The notes beneath the pieces were generated by a model that did not search any database, was not told where the DNA came from, and saw only the letters and a program-made list of their open reading frames with translations. The position numbers and the translations under genes were made by a program. From the human T2T-CHM13v2.0 reference genome, Homo sapiens, in the NCBI RefSeq assembly GCF_009914755.1, contig NC_060931.1: a stretch of DNA of 64,000 nt; one strand, 5' to 3'. Positions 24,903 through 38,706 of the stretch are shown in pieces; the stretch's first letter is position 1, and each line of letters opens with the position of its first letter.

Positions 24903-25899
24903 CCAAATTAAAGTTTTAGTGAGATATGATGTGATTGTTTCTGTATTTAGCGCTGTTATTTGCCCTGTCATTCCTGTCCTTCATTTCATTGTGAGTCAAA
25001 TCTTGATTCCCACTTATATCCAAAGTAATGCAAATTGAGTTACTGGAAAAAATGCCACACTACATGAATATCTTCTAATATTGCAACCGTGGCTGACAGA
25101 GAGCTTTCTTGGGCATTTACCCATAATTCTAAATTCAAAGTTAGCATCATAAGAGTTAGGTACTCTGAATTAAATACTTTTGTGTTAATCACGTTTTAGC
25201 TAGATATTTAACAATAAAATCAAATCCTAAATCATTTTGTGTTTATTCAATAAAGCAAAGGCAGCACTAATGTGAATTCATGGATGCTTATTTTACAGTT
25301 CAATTTTCTTCCTAATTTGTCAACTCCTGGCCTGCTTTGTCCCCAGTTATTCTGCTTTGTCCTGCAAAAATCAATGAGAATGTTTTCTGCTTACAATTCA
25401 ATTGACTTTTGGGATGACAGCAATGCTTTTCTGAGAAAAGTGATCTGATGACAGTTTTACTAGCCTGGTTTTATTTGTGAAACAGAAAAATAGCAAGTTT
25501 CCATCCTCCTTTAATTTTTCATTGGATAGGTGAGAATGCTAAATGATAGCTGTATGGATTAGGTTCAGCTTTTCACATTGGGAAAAATGACTGATGGACC
25601 CTCAGATGAGAGTGTTGCTACCATGTCAACATCACAATAGTTTCCCTCCTCCAAAAAGCACCAAAACAAGCATGAGCCACAAGAAACTGGGAACAAAAGG
25701 AATCTTTGTTATTTTATTCAACAGGTAAATTAACTTCAAATTTTAAAATATTTAACAACTGAAATAAAAAAGGAAAGTATCAGAATCTAAAAGTTAGACT
25801 TGAAAATGGAGTTTATAAACAACTGTAGCTATAATCTAAGGTACTGTTTATATCCTCACAATCATAATTTTTCTCAATATATCCCATTATCAATGATGA

Positions 25900-26110
25900 C
25901 TAGTAATAATAAATAGTAATAATTCTTAAATATCTACCTCATACCAGGTATACTTCAGAATACTTTTAACATGCTTACATGAAACTTATAACATGCAATA
26001 GATATTATCCCTTTTTACTAATGAATGTGCTGGGTCTTGCAGAAGTTAAGAAACTGCTTCTGATCACACAGCCAGTAAAGTGTGGAGCTGATGACTCAAC
26101 TATAGTCAAT
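25900..26110 (-). mobile_element. MIR
   Basis: attatccctttttactaatg...agaagttaagaaactgcttctgatcacacagccagtaa. Confidence 0.7.
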
Positions 26111-26161
26111 CCGAGTTATCTTAACAATTATATATATCAATATAATATTTATCTTGTACTA

Positions 26162-26700
<539 letters not shown>

Positions 26701-27554
26701 CCCCCGATATTCTTCATGAAAAACAAAGGCAAGATATATTATTGAGTCCATCGAGTGAAAGTCCATTCCTGTACCTGGGATGTGTGCTAGTGCTGGAGAT
26801 GGGTGCTTCAGTGGAGCATACAAGGATCCTTTGTCCACTGCTAGAGCCAATCTATGAAGTGGTTAAAAGAGTACTAATCATTCTGTGTCCATCTCCAAAA
26901 TCTCAGTTGTCTTTCTTAGAGATGCCCAATTGCCTTCTAGAACATATATGCCAGTTGTCTCTTTCTAGTAGGTAGAGGAACAATGCCAAAAACAATCACC
27001 AAAATAAATCTAAATATGTTACATTAACCATACTTTTACTATTTGTTTTAAAGTTGTGATCAAATGACTGTGGTTCTAGGACAGTAAACTAAAAAGACAG
27101 ATCCACAGATTTTGCTCTAATCACATGAAAGCTTACAACAGAAGCACTCCAACACATATTTAGGGGTATACGTGAGTATTGTTCGGCCCATGGTAATTAG
27201 GCATAAATGTAATAAGACGGTTCGCAGAAATAAGTCTTGTGCTTCTTTCATGTAACCAAATCAAGATTTCTCAGTCTGTGAGGCCAACTTTTCAGTATAT
27301 ATATTTAAAGCTTTCAGTGTTGATGCATATCATTATACTAGTTATTGTTATGCATATAGTTTCTTTGCTTATCGTTATACTAGTTAACAATCTCTGACCA
27401 CCTAGGACACTTGTTCACTTCAGAACGCTAGAGGTCAGCTTCCAAGAGTGAGAATATCTTTCCCCTAACTTTGAAGTTCTTTGTGGTTTACTATTGAATA
27501 TTTCAACTCTACCACTTGTATTTTTCCCTAGTTCGGAGTTCCAAAATCTCACAT

Positions 27555-27733
27555 TCTGAAGTGATATATCCACAGGTTCTGCATTAGCATCAGTGTCACC
27601 TGAGGTATTGTGTATTGACATGTAGGCTTGGGTCCCACTCCTGAACTACGTAATTAAAATCTCTATGTATGGGGGAAATGTTAAACCAGCCCTCAGGTGT
27701 TTCTGATGCAGACCAGAGTTTCTGAATCAACTG
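27555..27733. mobile_element. MER5-family fragment
   Basis: gcatcagtgtcacctgag...cctcaggtgtttctgatgcag...gaatcaactg. Confidence 0.6.
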
Positions 27734-28009
27734 CGTTGTGTTGGAGGTCTTGAATGCACAGACAAGTTATAACATGATCCTGAGGTTTGGAATATATTAT
27801 AAGGTATTGTAGGAAGGGGGATACCCAAACCAACGAGGAAGACAGTGAAAAACCTCAGAATTTAATGTTCTGTAAATCACACATTCCTAAATTTATAATA
27901 AATATGAGGGCTGTTGGGTATCAAGTTAATGGGTATTAAATGTGGTAGTGGACACAAAGCACATAACATGTGGTATTACCAATAGGAAGTGCTCATTAGT
28001 TGTTGCCTT

Positions 28010-28370
28010 GTGTATTCATTTATTCAACTAATTTTAAGTGCCTACAATGGTCAAGCCCTATGTTAAGCACTAGAAATACCAAGATGAGCAAAAACAGCCA
28101 TGGCTTTCCCTCAAGGGGAATACAGAGCCATGGTAAAGACATACATTAGTCATATCAATATAAAATTAATATAAAATAACATCCAAGATAAACACTGGAA
28201 GGAAAGGGGAGAGAAGTGGTGTTATGGGAACATACATACAAGGGAAATTTGACCTAAGCAAAGAAAAGGAACAGAAAATGTTTTCCAGGGAAATCTGAAG
28301 GAAGCGTAGAAGGGTTGGAGAATTGAAATATTTTAGGCAAAGAGAACACCATGTGCTTTAGAACCCTGTG
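28010..28370 (-). mobile_element. L2 3' end
   Basis: tattcatttattcaactaattttaagtgcctac...aagcactagaaataccaagatgagcaaaaacag. Confidence 0.75.
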
Positions 28371-28399
28371 GTTACTATGAGTGCCTACTGTGTTCAGTG

Positions 28400-28560
28400 A
28401 CTTTTACCTCGTAAGTCTGTAGATAAGTATCAATCATCCTTTCATAGAGGAAAAAACTGAAGCTTAGAGAAATTAAGTAACGTGGGCAAAGTCTCACAAG
28501 ATTCAGGAAGCGATAGGTTTACAATTAGAAATTCTGTTTGTTATATTTGAAGCTTATGAT
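28400..28560 (-). mobile_element. MIR
   Basis: gaggaaaaaactgaagcttagagaaattaagtaac. Confidence 0.7.
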
Positions 28561-28744
28561 CTTTCTTTTTTATTTGGACATTAATATGTTTCAGAGGGCA
28601 AATGATAGAACTCAGGATTTGCTTATAGAAAGGTGTTAGAAATCAGGCATTAAGACTATAAAGTTTGGAGTAAGGCGCAGAAGGGAAAGAAAAAAGAACT
28701 ATAAGGATATTTTATTGCATCGCAATTTTGCTGTAGGTTGAAGA

Positions 28745-29888
28745 CCACTGGGTGTAAATCCCATTATGGTGGGAATGCTAAAATGGAAGCCTTTGGAATT
28801 TCCTTTCTCTTCCATAGAGTAAGTCAAAGTCAGCTCTGTATCCTTGCAGAAATTGTAGATATTAATACTGCCATGAAAGGCTTGAAAGATGAAGATTAAT
28901 GATTCTTATCACATCCCTAGTTAGATTAACGCAGAAGACAGATGTATTTTGGAGAATGATGGTGGATTATTATAAGCTTAATCAGGTGGCGAATTCAATT
29001 ATATTTGATTTTCTTGATAAGGTCTCCTTACTAGAGAAAATCATTACAGCCCTTTGAATCTGTTATGTAGCAATTAAACAGGTGAATATTTCCATCCTTT
29101 ATTCTGTAAATAAAAAATAGCGAAGGTGGTTTGTTCTTACCTGGAAGGGAAAATAGTACACCCTTACTGTTCTGCCTCAGGATCCAATCAGTTGTCCAAC
29201 TCTGTGTCATTTTGTCTGAAGGAAATTTGTCCATGTCACTGTTTCACAGAAAGCCATGTTGGTTCACCACATGTATCGCATCCTGATAATGTGAAGTGAA
29301 AAAGTAGAGCCTGGAAGCCTTTGTAAGATGACTGTGCCAGAGGAGGAAGATAAATATCTCGATGCTATGGAGGCCTGTCAGCTCTTTGAAGTATCTGGGC
29401 AATATCAAGATTTCTACTTCAGATGAAAAAACAAATAGTTATTCATTGACCCTGTTGCCGCCAAGAAAGAGGTACAATCCTTTGGAATGTTTTTTTTTTT
29501 TTTTTTTTTGGTATATGTCTGTTTTAGAGTTGACATATTTCATATCCGTGTGTGTTCCATGACCCAAAAGGTTTCCAGAATGAGAGGGGAGCTCTTTAGC
29601 TGGCCGGGCAAGCAGCAGTGCCACTCTGCTTTAATGACCTAGCGCATCTAGTGATGATGAAAGTATCTGTGGCAGACTGGGAGGCTGACAAAACCTAAAT
29701 CAAGCTACAAGAGGAGAATCTGCAACAGAAGGCCCTGAATGTTAGAAAAATAATTCTCTCTTTGGCAAGTAACTGTACCATTTTGAAAAGCAGCTTTTAC
29801 TTGTAACTGGCTCAGTAGAGACCATAGGACTGCGGGATGAAGTAAGCTGAGTCACCCCTCAAAAACTGTGCTATCTTATCTGTCTAGC
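28745..29888 (+). mobile_element. Ancient ERV-L internal region: decayed protease end, reverse transcriptase and tether
   Basis: Hand translation gives VNPIMVGMLKWKPLEFP, QKTDVFWRMMVDYYKLNQVA, TWKGK*YTLTVLPQ and MLVHHMYRIL, matching ERV-L Pol (IMVGKAKWKPLELP, QKTDGSWRMTVDYRKLNQVV, WQGQQYTFTVLPQG, LVHYIDDIM). Confidence 0.88.
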
Positions 29889-29889
29889 A

Positions 29890-31030
29890 ATTCAAATGAG
29901 GAAAGTAATGAGGTGATATTTTAGATATTGTTTAGGGAATCTGACAACAATACAGGGTAAATGCATTGCAGACAATTTGGAATAGATGGCAGAAACATGC
30001 TTGTTCTGTTCAGGAAGCAGCAAGGAAGCAAATTTGACAGCAATCAGGGGAACAAGTGGAAGAGGCAGATGCCCAGTCATATAGGGTCTTATAGACTGTG
30101 GTAAAGACTGGATTTCATTCTCAGCAAAATGGGAAGTAAGTTTTGTTGGAAGAGTAACATGATAGAACTTATGTCTTAAAAGGGTCATTTGGAATGCTGT
30201 GGGGGAACAGACCATAGGGAGTGAGTGGGAAAGAAGAAAACAGGCTAGGAAACCATTAATTGCTTCAGGAAAAGAAATGATGGATGAGACTATAGTGGTT
30301 GTGGGGAAGGTGGTAAGAAGTGGTTGAATTCTGGATATGCTTTGCAGGTAGAGCTGACAAAATTTGCTAATGGATTGGATATGGATATGAGAAAAAGAAT
30401 GGTGTCAAGGATAGCTCCAAAGATTTTGGTCTGAGCAATGGGAAGGATAAAGTGGGTGTTTACCGAGATGAGGAGTACTTTATGAGAAGCAGACTGTGGG
30501 ATAAGAAGAAATAATTAGTTTTGAGAGTCCTATTAGATAAATAAATGGAGATATTGAGTAGGTAGTTATATGGGAGTGGAATCTAGGGAGGAGGTCTGGA
30601 GTGGTAACATAAAGGTGAGGATCCCTAGCATATAGAGGACATTTAAAGGCAAGAGATTGGATGATATCATCTTTAAAGGGAGTGTAGGTAGGGAAGAAAT
30701 ATCTAAGGACAGAGCCCTAGGGAACTTCAGTGATTAGAAGCTGGAAGAGGAGAAAGATCTAACAAAGGTGACAGGAGGAGTGAAGTAGGGAGAAATCGGA
30801 GAAAGGAGGGGTCCCAGAGGCTAAAATAAGAAAAGTTTCAAGGAAGGAGTTGAAGAGGGTTGACCAGGATGTGGATTGATTCGTGACCATTGGATTTGGC
30901 CAAATGGAGGTTTTTAATTACCTTAAAAAGGGCTCTTTAAGACCAGTGGTGAGTATGAATGCCAGACTGGATCAGAGTAAATTGGAGGCAAGGAAGTGAA
31001 AATAACTAATACTGAAAGCTCTTTTGAAAA
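29890..31030 (-). mobile_element. L2 (about 1.1 kb, lacking its 3' terminus) inside the ERV-L
   Basis: ttctggatatgctttgcaggtagagctgacaaaatttgctaatggattggatatgg...gtcaaggatagctccaaagattttggtctgagcaa is classic antisense L2a. Confidence 0.88.
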
Positions 31031-31034
31031 GACT

Positions 31035-32045
31035 AAACAGGCTAACGAAGAAAGTGATGATGATGTGAGGATTGGGGACTAGGCATGAGCCCAACAACGT
31101 GTACGTTTTCTTACTGTAACTAGGAACCTGACTACCAAAATCGTTTAGTGTCCTCCTGTGATTAGAGGGTCCAACACTAAGTCCCTGATTTGATACTGAC
31201 CAAGGAGGGACCTGGCATTTACCTTATAACAGTCTGATTTTATTGGAAGCCTTCCATCTTGGAGAAGGCACCAGTTTGCCCTCATTGGGATAGATATATA
31301 CTCCGGGTTCAGGTGGGTTTTTCTCCTGCATCAAGCTCTTGCCAGCACCACACCCACCACACCTCCTTCTCCCCACGAACTCTTCTAAGGAATTACCGAA
31401 TATCGTTTAGAGCATCACATTCTACACAACATTGTTTCTTCCTAAGGAACTCAGGTTAGAGTGAAAGAACTAAGGAGCTGGGATGCTGCCATGGGATTTG
31501 CTGGTATTATTACATACTCTATCACCCAAAAGCAACTGGAGTACTCAAAACAGTAGGATGCCATGTAGGATCAAATCCTTTCTTACACTATACAAGATAC
31601 ATTCTGAATCAACTACCGACATATGGTGCTGCTTCTTACGTAACTGAAATTCATGGATCTATATCAAAGACATAGCTCCTTTCACATTTTAACTGACTCA
31701 CAAAATTTTTACTTTTATACTGGTTTCTGAGTTTAGCTTGAAGTGGGGCAATGCTTCCAGAGATACCAATTGATTTATTTAATTAGAAGTAGATGCTGTC
31801 ACCTGCCCATTTCATGGTACTTGGGTAACGAGGAGAGGGATTACAATATTTGGCTAGGGTGATTGATTCTGACCAGGAAGAGGAAAGAAGGTTGCTCCTA
31901 CTCAGTGTGGAAATCCTAGGGGGTACTCCTAGTATGAGCAATGTCAGTGGTAAAATTAACATGATGACTAGAACAACCTGATATAGGCGGAATTATAAGC
32001 TTCCTCTGGAATAAACATTTAGATTATGACACTGGGTAAATCCCA
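31035..32045 (+). mobile_element. Ancient ERV-L internal region: decayed integrase and dUTPase
   Basis: QSDFIGSLPSWRRHQFALIGIDIYSGF (cf. QVDYIGPLPSWKGQRFVLTGIDTYSGY); downstream LARVIDSDQEEE (cf. dUTPase LAGVIDPDYQDE). Confidence 0.87.
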
Positions 32046-33039
32046 AAGTGGAAATAATTTTTTTCTCTCAGGCATATTTTCATTAAAAATCCCAATTCTA
32101 AAGATTTTAAAGCATTGTATATTGCCTAAATTTGTTGAAAACAACATATTTTTTACTGCTTAAGAAGGGAGAATATTAATTATTTTTTAAATTATAATTT
32201 AGGGAGCAATGATACTTTTTAAAAAGAAAATTGTTTTTCTAATGGAGAATGAAACAGGGTTTTCTGAAATTGTACTTGTAATATGTCAAAAAGCAAGGGG
32301 GAAATTATAAAGAAATCTATGATTTATTTTTCTTTGTTGGAGTTAGAGAAATATCTGATTTGTTGAGTAGAAGCAGATGGGCCAGAATTTTAATCCTGAT
32401 TCAGATTTTTTTTAGATATTGGGACATAGCCTGAATGAGATCTCAAAACTGAAGCATGAACTTTTTTTGTGCTTTAATTTTCCATAATTAAAACAAGGAT
32501 AAAGCTTTATCTTCCTTATTTACATGCCCACAATTACATGCATTAGCTTAAATAGTTTATTTAATCCAAATTTTACAATTGAAAGAAAGTTTTAATATTA
32601 TGACAAGGAATAACTAACACAAAATCAATCAGCTACAGGTTTCCTTTGAGACAGTGATGAACACATAAGTCAACAAAATTAAACGTTATCTTTTCAAATT
32701 TCACATTAAAAGTCTTTTTATAGGCTTTTCTGCAATATTTTCAGTGGTAGAAATGTTGCATCTTTTGTTATGACTGGAAGGATTAGAATAGAGATGACTG
32801 GATAAGTATACCCAACCATAGCATGATTGTATCATTGGTTTTCCCTTCTAATTTCACTGCCTCTTAAGAGAGCTTCACTATACCAGTTAGATAGACAATT
32901 TAGAAATTGATTTAGAATACAAAGTATGCTTTGGAATATTTTATTTTATTTTTACTAAAATATTTAGAGATATTAGATGGTGAGGTAGAAGGGAGGTGAG
33001 GATGAAGTGGTAGAATAAAGGGAAGTAGCATCTGTGGAG

Positions 33040-33230
33040 TCCTTCCTGTTAATGAGTTGTACTAGTTCTGTATTACAAATGTTCTCATTTAATCTCAGGA
33101 GTACTCTGCAAGAGAAATATTACTACTCTCAGTTTATTGGTAAGGAAATGGGGACTAACAAAGGTTAAATAAGTTGCACAACTTACGAAGTAAGTGGTAA
33201 CTATAGAAGTTGAATTTAGTTCTCTGTCTC
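33040..33230 (-). mobile_element. MIR
   Basis: ctcatttaatctc...taaggaaatggggactaacaaaggttaaataagttgc. Confidence 0.7.
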
Positions 33231-33437
33231 AAATAATCAAAGGGAAAGAAAGATGCTGAAAGACAGCATGAGTTTTAGGCACACTGTGGAATCTTACAGA
33301 GCCAATTGTCCAGTTAGTAATTCTTCGTGCATTAATTAGGTGAAAGGTGAACCCCCAACCCACAGAAAGATCCAGCCAAGTAAGGAACTGCAAAATATTG
33401 AATGACTAATTCTCCAAACAAGGTAAAGTTTACTGAT

Positions 33438-33440
<3 letters not shown>

Positions 33441-33475
<35 letters not shown>
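33441..33475. repeat. (TG)17 microsatellite
   Basis: Direct reading. Confidence 0.98.
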
Positions 33476-33477
<2 letters not shown>

Positions 33478-34934
33478 ACAGTGTGTGCTTAGGACTGAGT
33501 TAAAATGCCATGCTTATTTGACACGTGGGTCCTCAACTATAAGGGCTTTGGGAACATTTAAGTCATCAGCCACGGATTTGAAAGAAAGACTTTACTTGTC
33601 AAATATGATTCTACAAAGATACATTTTCTATACAAGTATAGATGTTCAAAAGCATAGGCTATTTCATCATGGTGGTGCACAAAGATGGGAAAATATAATG
33701 AACATACCTTAGAGGTTTCTATTTATACAATTGTGTGCATTGAAAAGTAGCTGAGCAGTCTGAACAAAGAAACTGACGTAATTATCCTGGATCCATTTTT
33801 TTTCTAGTCTATTTGATCAAAGAACCCATTTAACATCAAGGATATAGAGGCATTTCAGGAAAAGCAAATCAATGGAGTACAGTTCAAGGAATACTCTTCT
33901 AGGCCTGTGGCTTATTTCAAATCTTTAAGAACATCCTATTAGTATGTAAAGCAAAGTTCATACAGGAAACTAGGTACTTAATATAACAGCCAGAGAGGCA
34001 ATCATGAGACGGTCTCTTTTCCAATATGGACTACAGTCTTTAGTATAGTAGTCTGTTTTGCAGTCTCTTTTTTTCTCCATTATTATCTCCTTATGTCTCA
34101 CTTCTGCTTATTTTGTTGCAGTCAGTGATCAATACATCAAAGGAAAAAAGAATTTTCAGTATAGATTTCTACATAAAATGATGAGTTTTTTGAATCTTAC
34201 GCTTGGTATCAGATTTGTCTGACCTGTTATCTATTATCTCCACGTCTGGATTCTGGACAGTGAGGAAGACATGAGGCGCGGTGGGGAATTTGTGTATAAT
34301 AGGCAACTGAATTTCTTCTTGTGCATTCAGGGCCTTCTGCTCAGGATGCTGTAGGGTGCTCATGCAGGCTACAGGACATAGTACCAAATGGTTAAACAGC
34401 ATGGGGGAGATCAGAAGAATATTTGTGCAATTGATACCAACAAGCTATTTCTTGGGCAACATACATGGCCAGAATTTTGAGAGTACGTTGACAGAAATTA
34501 GCAATTGATAATGACTATGTTTGAATTTTGCAGACCAGGAACTCAAAGGTTTTTAAAATATGCATTAACATTAAAAAAGTAATAAAAGCACTTTCTAGTT
34601 TAGATGTTATGAGTCAGATTGATAAGTCAGAAGAAATGGAAAACTTGAATTTTATTCATTTGCTCCACAAATATTTATTAAGCATTAATTATGTTGCTGT
34701 CATGTTGCTGGATGTTAGTGTGATCTCTGCCCCACAGGAACTTACCAAGAATAACAGACAAAACAGAAAAGACCAGATAGGCCAGGAACATTTTCTTCAA
34801 GGCACACATTACTGAAAGAACTGGAAATTAAAACTAGACAGGAATTGTGTAATTGTAGATTATTGTGTATATTTATTCATACTGAAATTTAACCAACAAA
34901 GTCTTCACATGTATTGCAATGGTTTAGATTGACA

Positions 34935-35180
34935 GAGGTTCAGTGTACAGACGTTGTAGCCAGAATGTCTATTTCCAGTCTCTTGTTTACTACTTAACAG
35001 CTGTGTGCCCTTGGGCAATGTATTCAACCTCTTGGTTCCTCAGTTACCTTGTCAGTCAAATGGAGATAGTATTCGTACCTACCTTAAAAGGCTGTCCTGA
35101 GGATTAAATGAGCTAGTACCTGTTAAACGTCAGAATGATACCTTGTACATAGAAAACGTGTGATACGTTTTGCTACCATT
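34935..35180 (+). mobile_element. MIR
   Basis: ctacttaacagctgtgtgcccttgggcaatgtattcaacctcttggttcctcagtt...gaggattaaatgagcta. Confidence 0.82.
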
Positions 35181-37796
35181 GCAATTTTAATGTATTGTAT
35201 TTGCTATTGGACAGTCCAGTTACTTTAATCCTTTGTTGTCATTTTAAGAGCTTTATTTAAAGAACTTCCTAGGTTCCATTATATGCTCAATTTTTTGAGT
35301 GATTTTTGAGGTTTGAAGGGCTTTTTGAAACGCTGTGTGTCTTTTTTAGGCAGAAGCCTTTGCAAACCAGTGTACTAGTTGTCATTGTCACATCCTTTCT
35401 CCTGACTTGGGAATCGTGGAATCAAGGGTTGACATGGTGCTCTGTCAGCCCCAGCTGGCCACCAATGGCCATATAACATGAGGCAGAAAAAAGCCTTTGC
35501 TGTTTGATTGAAGTGTCTGAGATTTCAGGGCTGTATTTGTAGCATTAACTCACATAACCTGACTAATATATGTGGTATAGCCCAGCGCAGAAGCAGTGTA
35601 TATACCATGATGATGATAATATATGGTGCATTGTAAATGCCTAAAATTGTATTATTTTATGGTTATTATCATGATTCTGTTATTTCATCTGAAGAATTTC
35701 TCATGAAGATAAAATGGCTCAAATTTTCTTGTACATTTATTGAGTAAAATATTATGTATGGTCTCTTTCTCTCTCTCTCCCCGCAGAATTGATCAGTCAG
35801 TGTCTATCAGGCCCTGTGCCTGTGTTGTAAAATGTTTGTGAACCACAATATCTCTGCTCTTGATCTGCTGAAAATTGTTATAATTAGTTCAGTTAAAAAG
35901 CCATTGATTGAGCACATGTTATGTCCAGGGACTAAGTTAGGTGACAATTAGAAAAACCTTCTGGTATTAACGAAATCCTTCTTAGGAAGCTTGTGATGAG
36001 GTACATTTTTTTGGACTCAGAAGAATAATGTGCAAAATGCTTGATGTTTACTCCATACCATGGAATTATTAATCATGGGGTGTGACTACACCCTGGAAGT
36101 CTGGGATAGAGGACTGGAGAGGAGGCACAGAGACCTGGAGAATCCACTTGCGGTAAGTTGTGGAGTATCGGCAGCAAAAGAGGAGCTTGGGGTTGAGAGT
36201 TTGCCTGAGGTTGGGAATGAAGCGAGCAAGATAAAACTTTGCTGATTTTCAGTTGCAGCCCTTGTTGAAGGGAAGAGGAAAAAAAATCCCTGTAGAATAC
36301 ATATTTCATAAACCGTTATTTTAACCACCTTTTATATTTCAGTTACAAGTTTTAAGATGAAGGGCATAAGGATATAGGAAAAATATCATGATACATTGCT
36401 TTTCTTTTCTGCCATTTCTGGTCCCATTTGGAAGTCACGATAGTCCTTTTCTAAAAGCTGATAAGTCCTTTAAAAATGTTTAAATTGCAGTTGATTGCAC
36501 TGACCTAGGAATCTTCTAATATCTAATTCTTGCATGAAAATGTAACTAGCAAGATGACTCCTGCTGGCTTATAATATGCTTATTACAAAAAAGCCCACTT
36601 GTCAGACACAGATATTTGAACATTATGAAAATGAATTCATAAGCCAAATCTGTCTGTCAGATGTCTTTAATTTAAATGTTCTGATGGGTGATGAGACTCA
36701 GCATGATGACATCCAAAATTGTCGTGTGAAATTAAAAAAAAAATGTCAGGGAAGAAGAAGGCTAGAAAAAAATTTGACATTTAGTTCAAATTAGTTCACT
36801 TGACATTTGGAATTTAAAGTTTCTGGTCAAGAACAGTTTTGATTTGTCAAATTTGGACTTTACCACTTATGAATCAAGTGCCATCATTCCATTGGTGTTT
36901 TCTCTTAAATGACTGAGGTTATGTATTTTACCCCAGATCACCTGTGGAATGCTGGCGAGGTTAATTCAGTAACTATAGAAATACTCTTTCCAGAGCTTCT
37001 GGGGTGAACAGTGCTACAGATTTCACTTTCTAAATAAATACAGGTAGGTAGAGGTCATTCTAAGTGGGATATTAAACAATTTTTTTTTTCCGGTGAATGT
37101 TGAACTTCTTGTGTGGCACAATGCTCTAGTGTGCGACCTTCTACTTGACAGCTGTGCCTTACCCTAGCTCCTGCATAGACTCATTATGCAGGCTTCTTGC
37201 TCATGCCCGAGTGGTCCACAGCTGTTTGGAAGCCCATAGCCGGATGACTGTTAACTGTGGCCCACCTGCCTCAGTTCAAGGCTTAGAGAAGCTCTGTGTT
37301 GCTGCTTTTCTAATTCCTGAAGTTCAACTGTGCTGTCACCATGACAGTTACATCCTTCTTAAGACCAAGTAGGCACACTAGAGAAGTAAGTAATTTGTTG
37401 GAGGTGGTGAGGATGATAATGATGCAGGCTGCTTTCAGATTAGGCAGTATCAGTGTGCAGCACAGATTCAGAAATCAGATCTAGAGATGGGTTCTCAGTG
37501 ATTGTTTCATTTTGGATCTTTCTCTAGCCCTCTGAGTTTAGCCTTATTCTTAACTTTCAGACATTACCCAATTTCTCAAGAAGCCTTTCCTTGATCATAG
37601 GGTTTCATAAACATGAGAGATAACCTCTTTCCTTTCTGTTTTGTTTCTCAAAATATGTTGAAGTATTATTCAATGAGATTTTTATAGAACTGTCACTCTG
37701 CAAAACTAGGCACTGAATGAATTGTAGGATTAATGAAGCATAATCTAGTTGGGGCTATTAGATTTACATGTTTGAAACATTGAAGTAGCATGGCAG

Positions 37797-38241
37797 TGTC
37801 AAGAACTGTGAAGGGTTTTATATTTTACCTTATTTGTAAACTTACAAGTAGGCTTGTCACAGTTTCTCATACCCTGGCAGAAGACACAAGACAGCTCAGA
37901 TTTTCTTACTTACAGAACAGCACGCTAAATGAGTGTTAGCATATTTAAGTCACTTCCCCTTTCCTCTGAGTTCCCCAGAAGTGATGCAGGAGGCCAGATA
38001 AATGCCAGCTCACTTTCTGGATTTTGCTACAGAAGAGAACACCATGTGTAGGGAACCTGAATTTTTTGTAATAGGCCGTAAGCATGCCTGCCCTTTGGCC
38101 TGGAAAGAGACACTATATCTTCCAGGGCTGTTTGCTGTGTAAACATCCTTGAAAAGACAGCCTTGAACAAAGGGCAGTCAATAGTTCTACTCAAAAGACA
38201 TGGAGAAATGCAAAAGACCCATGGAGATTTGTCTTCTAATC
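37797..38241 (-). mobile_element. LTR40 solo LTR
   Basis: tgtcaagaactgtgaaggg...aaacatccttgaaaaga...gacccatggaga; perfect TSD GGCAG. Confidence 0.82.
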
Positions 38242-38653
38242 GGCAGCATCTTGCAAGGTAAGTTGCATAGGCAGTACTAGCTAGAGAAATTCAGTTAAAG
38301 GAACTATAAACTTGATCTTCAATTCCAAACACCCTAATTTAGTTATTTAAGAAAGGTTTTTATAGAGAAAATTAAAATTAAGAAGTCTTTGGAAGATGGG
38401 AAATATCTGAAGGGATAAAGGAGAGGATAATGGGCATTCCTTTTGTGGAAGGTAGTATGAGTTGGGATGTACTCATAGCTGCGATGTTATGAGGATGCAT
38501 TGGTTCAGCCTCTCACTTGTTGACCATCTTCATCCACCCTGATTGTTCAGTATCCTTGCTGTACTGATTGTTTAGGATTTTGAATAGTAATTATGGCATT
38601 TGTATGGTTTGGAAGTAGTATGATTTTACTGTTGCAGTTGGTTACTCTTCAAT

Positions 38654-38706
38654 CAAGGTTGCCAGATAAAGTCCTCTGTTTTTATTTGCTAAGCCTGGCA
38701 ACCCTA
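38654..38706. mobile_element. Miniature MER53-type hAT element (termini only)
   Basis: TIRs aaggttgccag...ctggcaaccct enclosing ttttatttgctaa. Confidence 0.7.

Noticed and set aside
34169-34402. 77-aa minus-strand ORF (HPEQKALNAQEEIQLPIIHKF...)
   Set aside because: No recognisable family, poor polypyrimidine tract and weak donor
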